Origin: the human T2T-CHM13v2.0 reference genome, Homo sapiens
Assembly (NCBI RefSeq): GCF_009914755.1
Contig: NC_060927.1
Direction: 5' to 3' (one strand)
DNA length: 64,000 nt
In this document: positions 45,521-59,400 of the stretch, one piece after another
Layout: every line of letters starts with the position of its first letter
Numbering within the stretch: the first letter of the stretch is position 1
The notes under the pieces: generated by a model
The model's input: the letters and a program-made list of their open reading frames with translations, nothing else
The model's database searches: none
What the model was told of the DNA's origin: nothing
Translations under genes and position numbers: made by a program

Positions 45521-46652
45521 CCATAATATTCTGCACGATTAAAAGGAAGTACAGTATATAAAAAAGAAGTAAAGGGCCAGATGATCCTAAAATAGATCTT
45601 CGCTCTCAATAATGAAAATCTGACTTTACTTAAACTGAATGAGTTAATTTTAAAGTTCTGTAGACTGTATTCCCACCATCTCCCTCCCAGCTGAGGTCAG
45701 ATACAGCTAGAAATCTATTCTCCAACTATTTACAAACCTCCTTATCAACATTAGTACTCTTCAAGTTCTGACATCTCCCTTCAGGGCAGAAGTATTTATT
45801 TAATTATCAAGTACAGCTTGAGGAACATCAGGCTCTTATTCATGGTTAAGTAATTAAAAACGGAAAACACATCACCAAGTGCCTAATATATGCAAGTATG
45901 AATTGGTTCAATTGGTGAATGTTTCCCCAGACTGCATTTGTTTCTTATGGACGGGTGCTGTGTTCCTGTCCATGCCTCATGGCTTTCAGGGTTTGCTAAT
46001 TAGTGCTTTCCTAATCCCATTCAGAAAACTAGAGCAAGTTTGTGCCATTCCCCTTCCATAAATGAGTGGTCACTGAGATTAGGTCAAGCCAGCTCAGCCT
46101 ACAATAGCATCCTTAATCAGCCAACGTGAAATAAAAATGAGGAAAAAATCCGGGCTTTTATCTCACACTGTCTTTGGAGCTAATTAAAATGCACAGGCTC
46201 TTCCTGCCGTTACAACCCTGCTGTTCCATACACTAATAAGGCAACAAAAGGTGCTGAAAGCAATGGACTGAATAATTGTTGAAATTTACAGTCCCTTTAA
46301 GGAAACTGTTAAAAGATTTCTGTCTCCTCAGCAATGTAGATAAAATTCTGACAAAGTATCACTAAGTAAGATCTCTCACATTTATATTAAGAATCTCAGA
46401 GATTTGGGGAAACTTAGGATACTATAAATTGATGACTGTTTTTCCTGACACTGTTTTACTTCTTTAGCTTTCAACCCCCTTTACTAACCAAAGAGTTAAA
46501 ACAACACTATGTTCATTGAAATCTGTCCCCAGAGTGCAGAGGGAGCTCTGCTGTTTTAAGGGGGTCTATGAAAGCCCCCTGGCATAAGAAACAAAAAGGT
46601 GGGAGGGGGAAGTGAGAGAAGACAGGATGCGGGCAGAAGGAAAGAAAATGAA

Positions 46653-46681
46653 TACACACACAAACACACACACACACACAC
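46653..46681. repeat. (CA)n microsatellite
   Basis: Seen directly. Confidence 0.9.
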
Positions 46682-48283
46682 GAGATCTACTTGGGCTCAC
46701 ACCCTTCCTAGTCATTTTACCCGCCAAAAATAAATCCTTAAATTAATAATCAACAGTAATAAAACTGCTTTCTAAAATAGAAAAAGCTTTTGATCTTCCT
46801 GTTCCCTGCCTCAGGGTATTCCTTATATTTATTAAAACGCACCTTGAGCATGTTACAAGTAAAACAATAATTTCCTACACTTTAATACATGTACAAGCAT
46901 ATAATTTAAGAAAACATTTGCCGAGGGACACCATATGTTCCAAACACATATATTCAATTAAATTCATGTTATAATTATATTTAAAAATCAATACATTAAG
47001 TAAGAATTCAGCATGTTCAAAGAGGCACATTAGCCCAAAACTGTAATTATAAGAAACTGACCTACCTTTCTAAGACTGAGCAGGATGTTAGATGTCTGGA
47101 CAGATGGTAAGGATTACAATCACCACTCCTTGCCTCCTGTCCCACATGTACCTCAAAAACATCCATACGAACAACATACAAACTTTCATCTGTGTTTGGC
47201 ATAATGTCACCATGCCACAGCATTATGAAAACTTCAAGAGGAATCAACTACTTTCATGAACCTACACAAAAACTCTAAATATTTTAAAAATATAAATACA
47301 CAAGGTTACCATTTTAATAAAGCATTCTTTTCCAACAGGAGAATATTCTTTATACCAAAAACTTAAATATCTTCTTGACTATCTTCATCACAGGTTTCCA
47401 CATGTAAAATTGCTGTTTCTCTGAAGTCTGATATTCATTTAACACAAACACCGTAACAATAACTACTAGTGTTTGTAGCATAGGAAACTGGTTGAAAGAT
47501 CTTCAGTTAAAAACACCACCACCACCAAACTTTCCATCTTATGTGGAACTTAGTTTCCTAGGTCTTTTTTCCCCCTTGCTTTGGTATATGTAATTCTATA
47601 AACCTCCTCAAAACACTTCAGTCCATGGAAATAAATAAAACTTACACCCCTGGTAAATACAGCTAAGATAACTCATAAAGAGAGATAATATTAACTATGA
47701 GGAAATAATTATTGGAAATAATTTGTGAGTTTTAAAAATATTTTAATTTAAACTATAAACTACTACCAACATCCAAACTGTTGTTACATTCTAAGTCATC
47801 AAAGTCAGAGGATGATGACAGTCATTCGTATAAAACATGGGATATGTGTTATATGTGTTAACTTAATAGTTTCAGCAAGATATGAAATAGATATTACTGT
47901 TTCATCCATTATAGAAATGAGAAAACTGGAGCATAAAATGTTTAAAAAAATTCGACTTTCCCAAGCTCACATGGCTGGTAATTGGGCATTGAGTATGCAT
48001 ACTTAATCATATGCCATTCTACATAATTAAATAAATTATAGTATATTACAGTTTATTTTATAGTACCCTAAATAATAGTAATGGTTCACATTTATAAAGG
48101 GTCATAGACTATGAATGTTAAGATCTTACACAAATTCTCATTTAAATCTTTCAAAAGCCCATTACCATCACCCTCTTACATGACTATCAACCAGCATCTC
48201 AAATAACAAAGAAATGCCCCACATTCACTACACAAAACTCAGGAAGCAGTAGCACTTATGTCTACATTAAATACTGAACTTCT

Positions 48284-48460
48284 TGTTTTAATTGTGGTAA
48301 AAAACATAATATGAAATTTACCATCTTCATCATTTTTAAATAGACAATCCAGTAGTGTTAAGTATATTCACATTACTGAGAAACAGATCTCCAAAACTTC
48401 TCTTAATCTTGGAAAACTGAAACTCTATATACTCATTAAACAACTCTCCCTTTTCCTCTA
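48284..48460 (-). mobile_element. L1MB-like 3' end fragment
   Basis: TTTTAATTGTGGTAAAAAACATAATATGAAATTTACCATC...AAGTATATTCACATT. Confidence 0.7.
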
Positions 48461-48472
48461 CCCTTAAAGTAG

Positions 48473-48626
48473 TACCAGGGCTCAGAGAACAATACCCGAA
48501 GTATAGCACTTTGTCACACTGAGCACTTTTGGATTAAAATAAATTGGAAGGGCTTGAAGGCCGCCTCAGAACCAAGGACTTCCCAGCCTTCTCTCATTTC
48601 TCCGCTCCCATCCCCTGGCCCCTGCC

Positions 48627-48668
<42 letters not shown>

Positions 48669-49261
48669 CACACCCACAGTGAGGGACTTTCCCTAGAAAT
48701 TCCTGAATCTGAGAAAAACTTCTTCCCAATGAAATCCAACTGTCTTAAAACCCCCACTGCAGGAATCTCATAAAAAACAGAAAAGATTAACCACCCAAGA
48801 AGAAAAAGACTAAAAGTTGTTGCCACATCCAGACAGCCTTGTTCTGTATTCTACTGAGGGCAGCTCCCAGAGGTTACCTGGGAGACATTATCTGCATAAT
48901 TAGACAACCTTTGTTCACAGGAAAGTTCTACCTCTTGCCTTTCCAAAAGTTGTCATCACCTCCCGCAAGAGCTCTGAGGACATTTGTCCCAGGCAATCCT
49001 GTGTTCTTTCGGCTCACTGATTTCTCCTAATAATCATTTACTACCCCTCGGAATTACCTACACCCCAATTCCTTCTCCTTTATGAAGAGGGGTATATAAG
49101 TACCTAAATCTCATTGGATTATTGAGTAATCACTCTCCTATGATTTTCCCGCCTGCATATTAATACCTTTGTAAGCCTTTTCTCCTGTTAATCCATCCAT
49201 TGTCAGTTAATTACAGTGAAGCTTCAGAGAGGACAGGGGAAGTGTTCCCTTCACTCCTACA
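48473..49261 (+). mobile_element. ERV1 solo LTR, MER34/MER39-like, with internal (CA)n at ~48629-48664
   Basis: AACAATACCCGAAGTATAGCACTTTG...ATCTGCATAATTAGACAACCTTTGTTCACAG...GGGTATATAAG...CACTCCTACA. Confidence 0.72.
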
Positions 49262-49466
49262 GTATTCAAATAATGAGCATTTTTGCATCATACACACGTC
49301 TATAAACAAACACACATACATCCCACCAAATGCTAGTACTGGGTTTAAAATTGCATTTTGCTTTAGGAAAATAATATCTTAAAATTATAGAAATATCAGA
49401 GATGCTGACTTAAAGTCATTTACATTGTAAAAGTAAGCCCCATAGCTGCCTTTTTGTAAATTTTAC

Positions 49467-49978
<512 letters not shown>

Positions 49979-51008
49979 AATAAAGTGAGTTTTTACATTT
50001 TCAAACAAGAAAAACAGCTGAGGTCACTGGGAAAGGTTTTAATGTGCTAATCGCAGCTATCTATTAGAGCTAAATGTCTGAGAAAGGGAAATTTGAAACT
50101 ACGTAACAACAACTAAAGAACAAGTTTACACACTCCCTTCTTTTCACCTTCTCCCCCTATACACACATCTACAGGCTAATTTCCTAAAGGGAACACAAAA
50201 ACAATTTTTAAATTAAATTACCACATGCACCATATTTTTCTTCATTGCTGAAATGCAAATGCAAAGAACCCTCGAAGACGTTTAAAGAATCTGCTTCTCA
50301 ATTCTCAGAGTTCAGGACATTTGCTATAATGCTGATCAAAGAAGCATTTTGTATTTAAATGGCCATAAGATTCAAGTATTCAAACTTTGCATAATAAAAA
50401 GGTAGAACAATCTAACAAAACTAATAACGTAATCTCTATTTCAGAGGCTGAATCACACTTGACAATATAGAGAATAATACAGAAAATTACAAAAAAGTTA
50501 AGCAACAAAACACAAAAATCTTTAACATAAAGGGATAGACAGGTCTGATTTTAAAATAAATAAAAAGGCAAGGATGTGACCACTGTCACCTATAAATACA
50601 AATATTTGAGTACTTAAGTACTTGAGAAACTAGCGCCATCTTGGTTTCAGCTGGAGGGCGACTGGAGTGGCAGGGGTAAAGGGTGACACTGATAGGTTTA
50701 TTGAAAGTGAGGAAGGCAAGCTTCTTAAGAAGAAAAATTTAAGGCCAAATGGCTCAGTTCAGTTAGTACAAGTAACTTGTAATGTGGAAGTGGCAAAGTC
50801 CAATAAGGTGAAACATAAACATGGTTAGGAGAATTCATGCTATTCATGCATATTATCCATGAATCCATGCTATCCATGCATTAAAAATAACATCATTAAT
50901 AACGAAGAATAATATAAAAAAACTTACATTATCAAGGCTTTGTGCCAGACACTGCTCTATGCTATATTAATATTTTACTTTATTCCCTCAATAATCTAAT
51001 GAGAGGAC

Positions 51009-51060
51009 TGTGGTGGTGGTGGTGATGATGAGGATGATGATGATGATGACAATGACCATG
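51009..51060. repeat. (GGT)n(GAT)n trinucleotide tract within a MIR remnant
   Basis: Seen directly. Confidence 0.8.
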
Positions 51061-51668
51061 ATAATTTTATATATCCACTTTAAAGAAAGGGAAATGGAGG
51101 CTTATAGATATCAGGGGAGTAAGTTGAGGCAGTCCGACTCCTGAGCTTGTGTTATTTCATGAGATGAAGAAAATTAGCAGTTATTGCTAAGCTTGCCTTT
51201 CCCAAACCACAGCTGAGATGATTCAGAAGGTAGATGAAGGGAGAGAAGCCAGCTAAGAGTTTGTTTCAATAAACATCAGGTTCACAACAGAAGGATGTGA
51301 GAAGTATACAAGCAAATAATCAATAATACTTACACTGGGAAAATAAAAATGAAGCGAAAAATGTTATAAAGGTATTTTAATGCCTTTCCGGTCCATGCTT
51401 TCAGTGTATTTCTCTGCTCTTTTAGCTCTCAGAGCTGTATGATGAGTGAGCATGATGTAGTCTTCCCTATTCCTCCTCTACCCCAGAAAGGTTTTCCTTG
51501 TTCTTAGTTAAGGATGTGGAAAAATGGGCCATTCGGACAGCTGGCTAAGAGATGAGACTATGTAGGCAACTACAACAAACTTGTTCCAAGAAAGTAAAAC
51601 AAAGTGATGGCATTAGCATAAAAGGGCAGTATTTAAAAGGTGTGAATGTTAAATGGGGAAGAGAAATA

Positions 51669-52371
51669 CAGTTGACCCTTAAACAACATGAGTTTGAACT
51701 GTGTGGGTCCACTTATACGTGAATTTCCTTCAGCCTCTACCACTTGTGAGACAGCAAGGCCAACCCCTCCTCTTTCTCCTCCTCCTAGCCTACTCATTGT
51801 GAAGATGAGGATGAAGACTTTATGATGATCAACTTCCACTTAATGAATAATAAATATATTTTATCTTCCTCATGATTTGCAGTGGCTCGCACCTGTAATC
51901 CCAGCACTTTGGGAGGCCAAGGCAGGTGGACTGCTTGAGCCCAGGAGTTGGAGACCAGCCTGGGCAACATGGCAAAACCCCATCTCTACAAAAAATAGCA
52001 TGGTGGTGCATGCCTGAAGTCCTAATAACTCTGGAGGCTGAGGTGGGAGGATCGCTTGAGCCCAAAAAGTTGAGGCTGCAATGAGCAGTGATTGCACCAT
52101 CGCACTCTAGCCTGGGAGACAGAGTGAGACTCTGTCTCAAAAAATAATAATAATATTTTCTTTCTCAAAGCTATTTTATGTAAGAATACAGCTTATAATA
52201 CATATAACATACAAAATACATGTTAATTCACTGTTTATGTTATTGGTAAGGCTTCCAGTCAACAGTAGGCTATTAGTAATTACATTTTCAAGGAGTCAAA
52301 AGTTATACCAGGATTTTAGACTGCACGAGGGGTCAGCACCCCTGGCCCCAGTGTTGTTCTAGGGTCAACTG
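51669..52371 (+). mobile_element. Tigger2a/MER28 (TcMar-Tigger) with TA target duplication, interrupted by an AluJ
   Basis: TIRs CAGTTGACCCTTAAACAAC / GTTGTTCTAGGGTCAACTG, flanked by TA on both sides. Confidence 0.88.
51879..52155 (+). mobile_element. AluJ nested in Tigger2a
   Basis: GCAGTGGCTCGCACCTGTAATCCC...GAGGCTGCAATGAGC...(AAT)n tail. Confidence 0.88.
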
Positions 52372-52387
52372 TAATTTTATTTGGTAG

Positions 52388-52562
52388 CAGGGTTTCTCAG
52401 ACTTGGCACTACTGACATTTCGGGCCACATCATTCTTCATTACGAAGGGATGTAATGTACATTACAGGCTATTTAGCGGCATCCTTGGCCTCTACTCACG
52501 AGATCCTGGTGGCAGAGTTGTAACAGCCAAAGTTACCAAATATCCCAGGACAACTGTTTTAG
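52388..52562. mobile_element. MER20 (hAT-Charlie)
   Basis: CAGGGTTTCTCAGACTTGGCACTACTGACATTT...GCATCCTTGGCCTCTAC. Confidence 0.75.
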
Positions 52563-54454
52563 ACAGATTTAATGTATTTTAATTTAGTTTTGTTTATTAT
52601 TAATTTTTATTTATACAGAGCAGTCAAGATAAGATTTGCAGACAGTAACAAGGCTCGAAATTCAAACAAAGCCTGGGAAATACATGTTGCTAAAGTATCA
52701 TGGAAATTCTGCCTAGTCAAATATCAGCTATACAGAGTTAAGATTCAAGTTATGTGGATGATGAAAACCCCAACAATGAAAAGAAGGAGGGGCAGCAGAG
52801 CCCAAGACAAAGCCTTAAGGAGATAACATGAAGTTAATGATCATGCACAAGAAAAGACATGAGAAAAAAGTTTTGAAAAGGAAAGAACAAGCTTATGGCA
52901 TCTCATCTTCTCCAGAGCCATCAGGAGCTTGAAGAAGGGTGTAATCAGAGGCAGAGTTCACGGGAAGGTCCAAGAAAATGAGAACCCAGATGACACATTT
53001 GCTTTGAGCCAAAAGGGAATGATAGGCTATCTTAAAACGAAAGGGCTCTAGAAAAGCATTTCAAGCCACCACCTCACCATTTGGTGCCCTGGATCAGTCC
53101 TTAATTACAATCATGGAATGAAAGAGTTAATGTATATTCTAACATGCTTGGGTCACTAGCAATTACTATCAGCATAGGTTATAATTCCATGGCAGCATTC
53201 AGTGAGGAAAAAAAGAATAAAACCTTTTTTTTTTTCTTTTTTTTTCCTGAGTTGTGGATGCAAACCAGTCAACCATACTGGCCAAATCCCAACTCTCAAA
53301 TCGCTTTGTAATATATACTATTCACCCAGCCTGGAGTCTTCAATGACAGCTATTCATGTGTCCCAAGCTGATCAAATGCAGACCATAGTGATGGTTCAGC
53401 ACTACTTGCCCTTATTGAACGAACAGAAAATGTTTCCTTCTCCATCTGGTGCACAAACTCTGCTGCTTCTTTTAGACTTTTAATGGAGTGTCCTCTAAAT
53501 GGCACATCAGAGAAAACATTTTGATCTGAAGAACATGTATAGAAGGCAGCTACTTGTTCAGCAGCAACCCTGGCCTTTTGGGATATGTGAAGTCTTGGTT
53601 CTGAATACTGGGGTTGAGGAGGGAAAAAAGCTTTTACTGCTATTCTAAACACCCCTTAGTCTCCTTTGACTCAAAGCCGCTAATTATGCCAGGCAGGCTG
53701 AATGATGAGTAGTGGTTTTGTGATCCCAACTATTGTTCAGTAGGGCTGAGATCACCAATGCATTTTACTAGGTATAGAGAATTTGAAGGGAAAAGTCTGA
53801 GTACTTATTATCTCTTTGTTTTCTTAAACAGTGCCTATTTACAAACTTTTCACTAGTGAGTAAAAACATTTACTGGCAATAAAACACAGCAGTGTTTCTG
53901 AATGTTAACCTCTCCCCCCAAAACATGACGAAGTACTCTAAGTTTCTGGAAGGAAAAAAAAAAACTGCTTTTTTTTTTTTTGTGCCATAAACACAGGGTG
54001 AGGTGATGGAAAGGAAAGAGTAACACGTTTTAAAAAAGAAGAAGAAAAAAGAAAGAGTAAGATATTTAGAAATAGTTTTTTTTAAAATAAGTATATGTTT
54101 CTTTGGAGCTACCTATACTACAAAATTAAGAAACTATACATTGCCTTTACAAAACCACAATAAAGTAAGTAAACAACGTATCACAACACACACGCAACAG
54201 ATGGGGTTTGGGGCAGGGAGACTCTTAAGCCTCAAGAAATTATATCAGCAATAAAATACAGGGCATAAGAATGAAGAAGAGTGAAGGCAAGTAATAAATC
54301 CTGTGCTTTCTGAGGGAGACTAGCCATCCTTCCTTTAGGCAGATATTTATTTTCTAAGAAGTGAGGAGGGATACTGTTAAAACATTTATAGTTTTAAAAC
54401 ATTTTAATTATCTCTGGTCTTTGCCTTCATAAAGGTCCTTGAGGTAAAAGCCAT

Positions 54455-54755
54455 GAGGTGTAGGGGAGGTGGAGATGGTGAATGGGTACCAAAAAAATAG
54501 TTAGAAAGAATGAATAAGACCTAGTATTTCATAGCAAAACAGGGTGACTATAGTCAATAAGAACTTAATTATGCATTTTAAAATAACTAAAAGAGTATAA
54601 TTTGATTATCTGTAATACAAAGGAGAAATGTGTGAGGTGATGGATACCCCCATTTACCCTGATGCGATTATTACACATTGCATGCCTGTATCCAAATATC
54701 TCACAAACCCCATAAATACATACACCTACTATGTACCCACCAAAATAAAACATAA
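54455..54755 (+). mobile_element. L1MA 3' end fragment
   Basis: TAGTTAGAAAGAATGAATAAGACCTAGTATTT...TACACCTACTATGTACCCAC. Confidence 0.8.
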
Positions 54756-55802
54756 TTATATTATATAAAGTTGCTAAATAATTAGAACTGTACCCAAATA
54801 TAAATAATAAATAATTGATGAACAAGATAAAAAGTGAAAACACACTTGTTTTCTACACGCAATGTATATTCCCTTAATAACTTTTGGTGAGTAAATAGAC
54901 ATGGCAATGTCTTCTTTAGCATCATGGATAGTGAAATAATCTTGGGAAAGAGCTGTGATCATGTACACAACCTAACTATCCAAATGTCATTTTCACTTGA
55001 GTGGACTTTAAAATCTTGCTCTCTCTCTTTTTCTCTCATTCTTTTACAACTTAATTCGAAGTTCCCTTTTTGTCAGCGTTTTCATCACAATTAAACAGAG
55101 CTACGAACTAAAAGGCAATTTTTTACTGAGAAATGTGTTTATCTCACAAAATTACCAGACTTCTCTGTCTGGTGCAATTTTAGGGAGGATTTCAATTAGC
55201 AAAAATTCAAATTGAAAGAGCTATGAAGATGGAAAAAGAATAACACCTTCCCTAACTTACACAACATAATTCTCAAATCTCTATTATTTTTGTGGTCTAA
55301 CATTTCCCTTAGAAGGCACACTACATTACTTTTATCTCCAGAGACCTTTTATCCCCACCTGCTGGAAGCATGAAACATAACTGGGTCCAAGATAATCATT
55401 GACACATTTCAGGAAGAGAAAATATTTACACAAGTTAGATTTTAAAATCAACTGTTTTAAGCTATATCCTTTGGTGCATTATTTCTGTCACTGAAGTAAT
55501 TCACAACTCTAAAACTCTTTGTTTTGTAATTGTTACAAGGTTTATTCTCTTCTATTACTTTTACAGATTTAAAATGGGCTGTTACATTCCATCAAAATTG
55601 TCAAGCAATTATTTTGCAAACCAAATAAAGGAAACATATAACAGTTGTATACTAGCCAAATTATGATCCTTAGGAAAGACACTGGTATGGAAAGATCACA
55701 TATCACATACCTTGAGTTATGAGGAATGTGATATACATTGTCTGTCATATACCAAAAAAAGGTGCTGGGATAAGAGCTTCGAAAGTAAGATATCAGTTGG
55801 TA

Positions 55803-56165
55803 TCACAAAAGTAAAAAGTAGAAGAGACAGGCTGGAAGGTGTAGGGAGAATAGAGGGAAGGGAGAGATTTGTTAAAGGATATAAAATTACAGGTAGATAG
55901 GAGGAATAAGTTCTGGCATTCTATACCACTGTAAAGTAAGTTCTAGTGTTCTATACCACTGTGAAATGACTATAGCTAATGATAATATAGTTTCAAATAG
56001 CTAGAAGGAGGATATTGAAGGTTCCTAACACAAAGAAATAATAAATGTTTGAGAGGATGGATATGCTTACCATACATTATATGTATTAAAACATTATTAT
56101 GTAGCCCATGAATATAAAGTTATTCTTTGTCTATTTAAGAAAATAAAATTTAAAAATAAAAAAAT
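55803..56165 (+). mobile_element. L1MA 3' end fragment with a ~30-bp internal tandem duplication
   Basis: TAGATAGGAGGAATAAGTTCTGG...CACAAAGAAATAATAAATGTTTGAG; TTCTATACCACTGT present twice. Confidence 0.75.
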
Positions 56166-56169
56166 TTAA

Positions 56170-56472
56170 GGTCAGGCACGGGGGCTCATGCCTATAATCC
56201 TAGCACTTCGGGAGGCCAAAGCGGGTGGAACACTTGAGGTTAGGAGTTTGAGACTAGCCTGGCCAACATGGCAAAACCTTGTCTCTACTAAAAATACAAA
56301 AATTAGCTGGGCATGGTGGCGCAAGCCTGTAGTCCCAGCTACTCAGGAGGCTGACGTGGGAGGATCACCTGAGCCCAGGAGGTAGAGGTTGCAGTGAGCA
56401 GAGATTGCAAGACTACACTCCAGCCTGGGTGGCAGAGTGAGACGCTGTCTGAAAAAAATAATAATAAATAAA
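56170..56472 (+). mobile_element. Old Alu (J/early S)
   Basis: Full dimer with decayed CpGs. Confidence 0.88.
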
Positions 56473-59400
56473 AGTAAGAAATTAACTATTTTTAACAGAG
56501 GAATACAGCTTTCTTTGTCTAGGATATAACATTGAGTTTTCTCAGTGGGAAAGAAAGCAGAAAACAGCTGCCTTGCATTTTCCTTCTGTTGTATAAATTA
56601 ATTGTCATTGTTGACTATTCACTAATTTACTTCAAAAAAACCCCATATACCATTGAAAAAAGATACTTCCATTGGACAGGAACATTTTTGAATTTAATAT
56701 ATAAATTAAGTTAATGCTCTTCTGGATTGTTTAAATATAAATGTATATAATAAATTATTGAGTGGAAGCCTAAAAAAGTCCATAGAAAACCAAAATAAAA
56801 GTCCATAATGCGTATAAAAACAAAATATTTGCCTTTTGATTAAAGAATTGTACACCTTAGTGGTGTTTAATAATAGCAAGAGCCACTGCAGGAAAAAAGA
56901 AAGAAAGGAGAAATTATCAGTCAACATTAGATTTCTCTTTTAAACTAACTAGAATTTTAAAATTTTTCCTAAGAAAATATTTAATACACTAGAATATTTT
57001 TCCTAATGCACTAGATTTTGTTTCCCCCTTGGTGTTCTTTCAATCATTGTTGATTGGCGATATGCCATTTTGGTCATACTGAATGTGTAAGAATAAATGA
57101 ATAAACTGTTTTTTGGCTAATATTCCACGATGTTAAATTACAAATTTCCTCCAGCATTTAAACAGGAGAGCTGTGGAGTGTCCCTGCCAAAAGTTTGCCA
57201 CCCGCTACGAGCATATATTTCAATGAATCTGAGACAGGTTCTGGCAAACAAGTCAGTTTTCCTTGTTAGCTAATTATAAATAAGCAACAGTGAAGACAAG
57301 TTGGTAATATTACCATAATTTATAACTAATAACAAAGCAATGAGATTGGATTCATATTTTCAATATATACTTATTGAATGGTTATTATTTATAAGTATTG
57401 TACTTGGCACAGGAGAAATCATAGACAAAAAATTTAAGCATCTTCCATCCTCTTTCAAATCTACGTTTAGTTCACTCTAAAGAGAGTAAGGTATGTATAT
57501 TCTTTCTCAAATCTCCAAATCAGTTCTTCATCTTTAGTTAGGCTTTATTAAAATTTAAAGAACACATTTTATACATAAACTAAAAAAAACTACATACCAG
57601 GCTATTTTCAGTAACTAGCACTCATAGAAGTCCCATCAATAGTTGCTGAATGAGTGAAAAGAACAGCAAAATGAATTAATTCTGGATTTACATATTTATA
57701 AATGAAACTTAGCAAGCAAGCTTAATAAAATAAAATGGCAAATATAAGCTCTTACACATACAGTTAAAATAAGTATAATTTAAATTGCCTTTGTAATAGG
57801 ACTCAGTCTGTGGTTGTTCCATTTAAGGGTCTAATAAATCATTGTGAAAACATTAGCACTGTATTCCAACCAACCATGTTAATTATTACAGGTAATAACC
57901 TACATTAAAAAATCTAAATATAAATTATATTATGGATAGGATTAGCAATTGATTAAGGAGGCAGATCAGGCACACACAATGCCTCCTCTATTTCTGAAAA
58001 CCCACTGAAATAAATGTGCAAAGGTACTAAAGGAAAGTCCTGAGATGGAAAAACAATTGGGGTAGGAAGATGGGTACCACCAATGAACAAGAGATATTAG
58101 TACAATTTGAACATGTTCAGGAATTAAATAGAGCTGCAGCTTAGAATCTGCTGCAAAAAAGCTCTGGAAAATGTAGAAGTGTGTTGAAGTAGCTTTGGAA
58201 ACCAAGATCCAAAGTCAGCAGGAACTTTGGAAGATGGATGTGAAAAAGGAACTGAAGACACAGATTAATTGAAGGTCTGTATAAGGACAAATCTTTCACT
58301 TGTCATCCCCTCCCCAAATGCAGGCAAAAATCAGGCAGCTGGCATTTACCTCCAGCAAAAATAGCTGACCCTTTCCCAGTGAAACTGAACAAACTACCAG
58401 GTGAAACCTGGTATAATGCTCACTATTTGATTTGAGTGATCCTGTATCCTGACAGCTGGCTTCCTGGCTTCCTTGCTGATCCCAGTAAAGCAAAAGTCTC
58501 ACATTTTCTTAAACAGAATTCTAAGTGATAATTCCACATGGGAATCAGTTGTAACACAAAAACAGAGGACTTTGATTAACGATACAGTTGCTTATTCCAT
58601 AGGAAGGATTATCAGACATACGAGAAAAAGCAGCAGGATGAGATGGAAGGGCCAAATTTAAGAAGCTAAACATTGACACCAGAGGAAATGGAGCTAACTC
58701 AGGCATCATAGAAGAAATTATGGAAAAAAATACTAGACAATAAACTCTGAAATATTTAGGAAGATATTCTATCTACAAAAAAAAACCAAAATGCTATGAA
58801 AAATGAATAGAGAACTAGCACATACTTGTAGAAATTAAAAGTATGACTACATTTTAAATTATGGCTAAAATTTAAAATGAAAACTGTGTCACAGGCCTAC
58901 AAAGAAAACAGTCCAGATTATAATGTAATGATAGAATGCTCCAGGATAATAATTTCTACTAATAAGTGTAAGACTGAATACAATTATTTGACAAAGAACG
59001 TGGTGCCATATGCCTTCCTAATGGATTTCATATTGTTTAGGCATCCATGGCTACCCAACATGTTTCAGGTGAAAGTGATACCAATCCTGGATCCTGGTGT
59101 AGATATCATCTCGCTAAGCCAACCTCCACATGTCATTTCCTTGGTACGTTTATTGGTGCAAAGGTAGTATTTATCTGAAGGTGGCTCAATAAGACTGATG
59201 GGAAGGGCTTACATTGTTAAGCTGGAGGAGGGTTTCCTCTCACTATTGCTGAAAGTGAAAGAAGGATCCCTAGTCACCACTAGCAACAATTTTGCCTAAA
59301 CAAGGAAAAGTAGTCCTGAGTAGAAGCAGACCCTGGCAATGGCAGGAAATATGCAGTGCTTGATGACATTTGTGAGCAGTTTGTGTCACTTGAATTATTA

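Noticed and set aside
50742-50802. tRNA-like 5' sequence GGCCAAATGGCTCAGTTCAGTTAG
   Set aside because: No B-box/T-arm or cloverleaf; at most an ancient SINE remnant.
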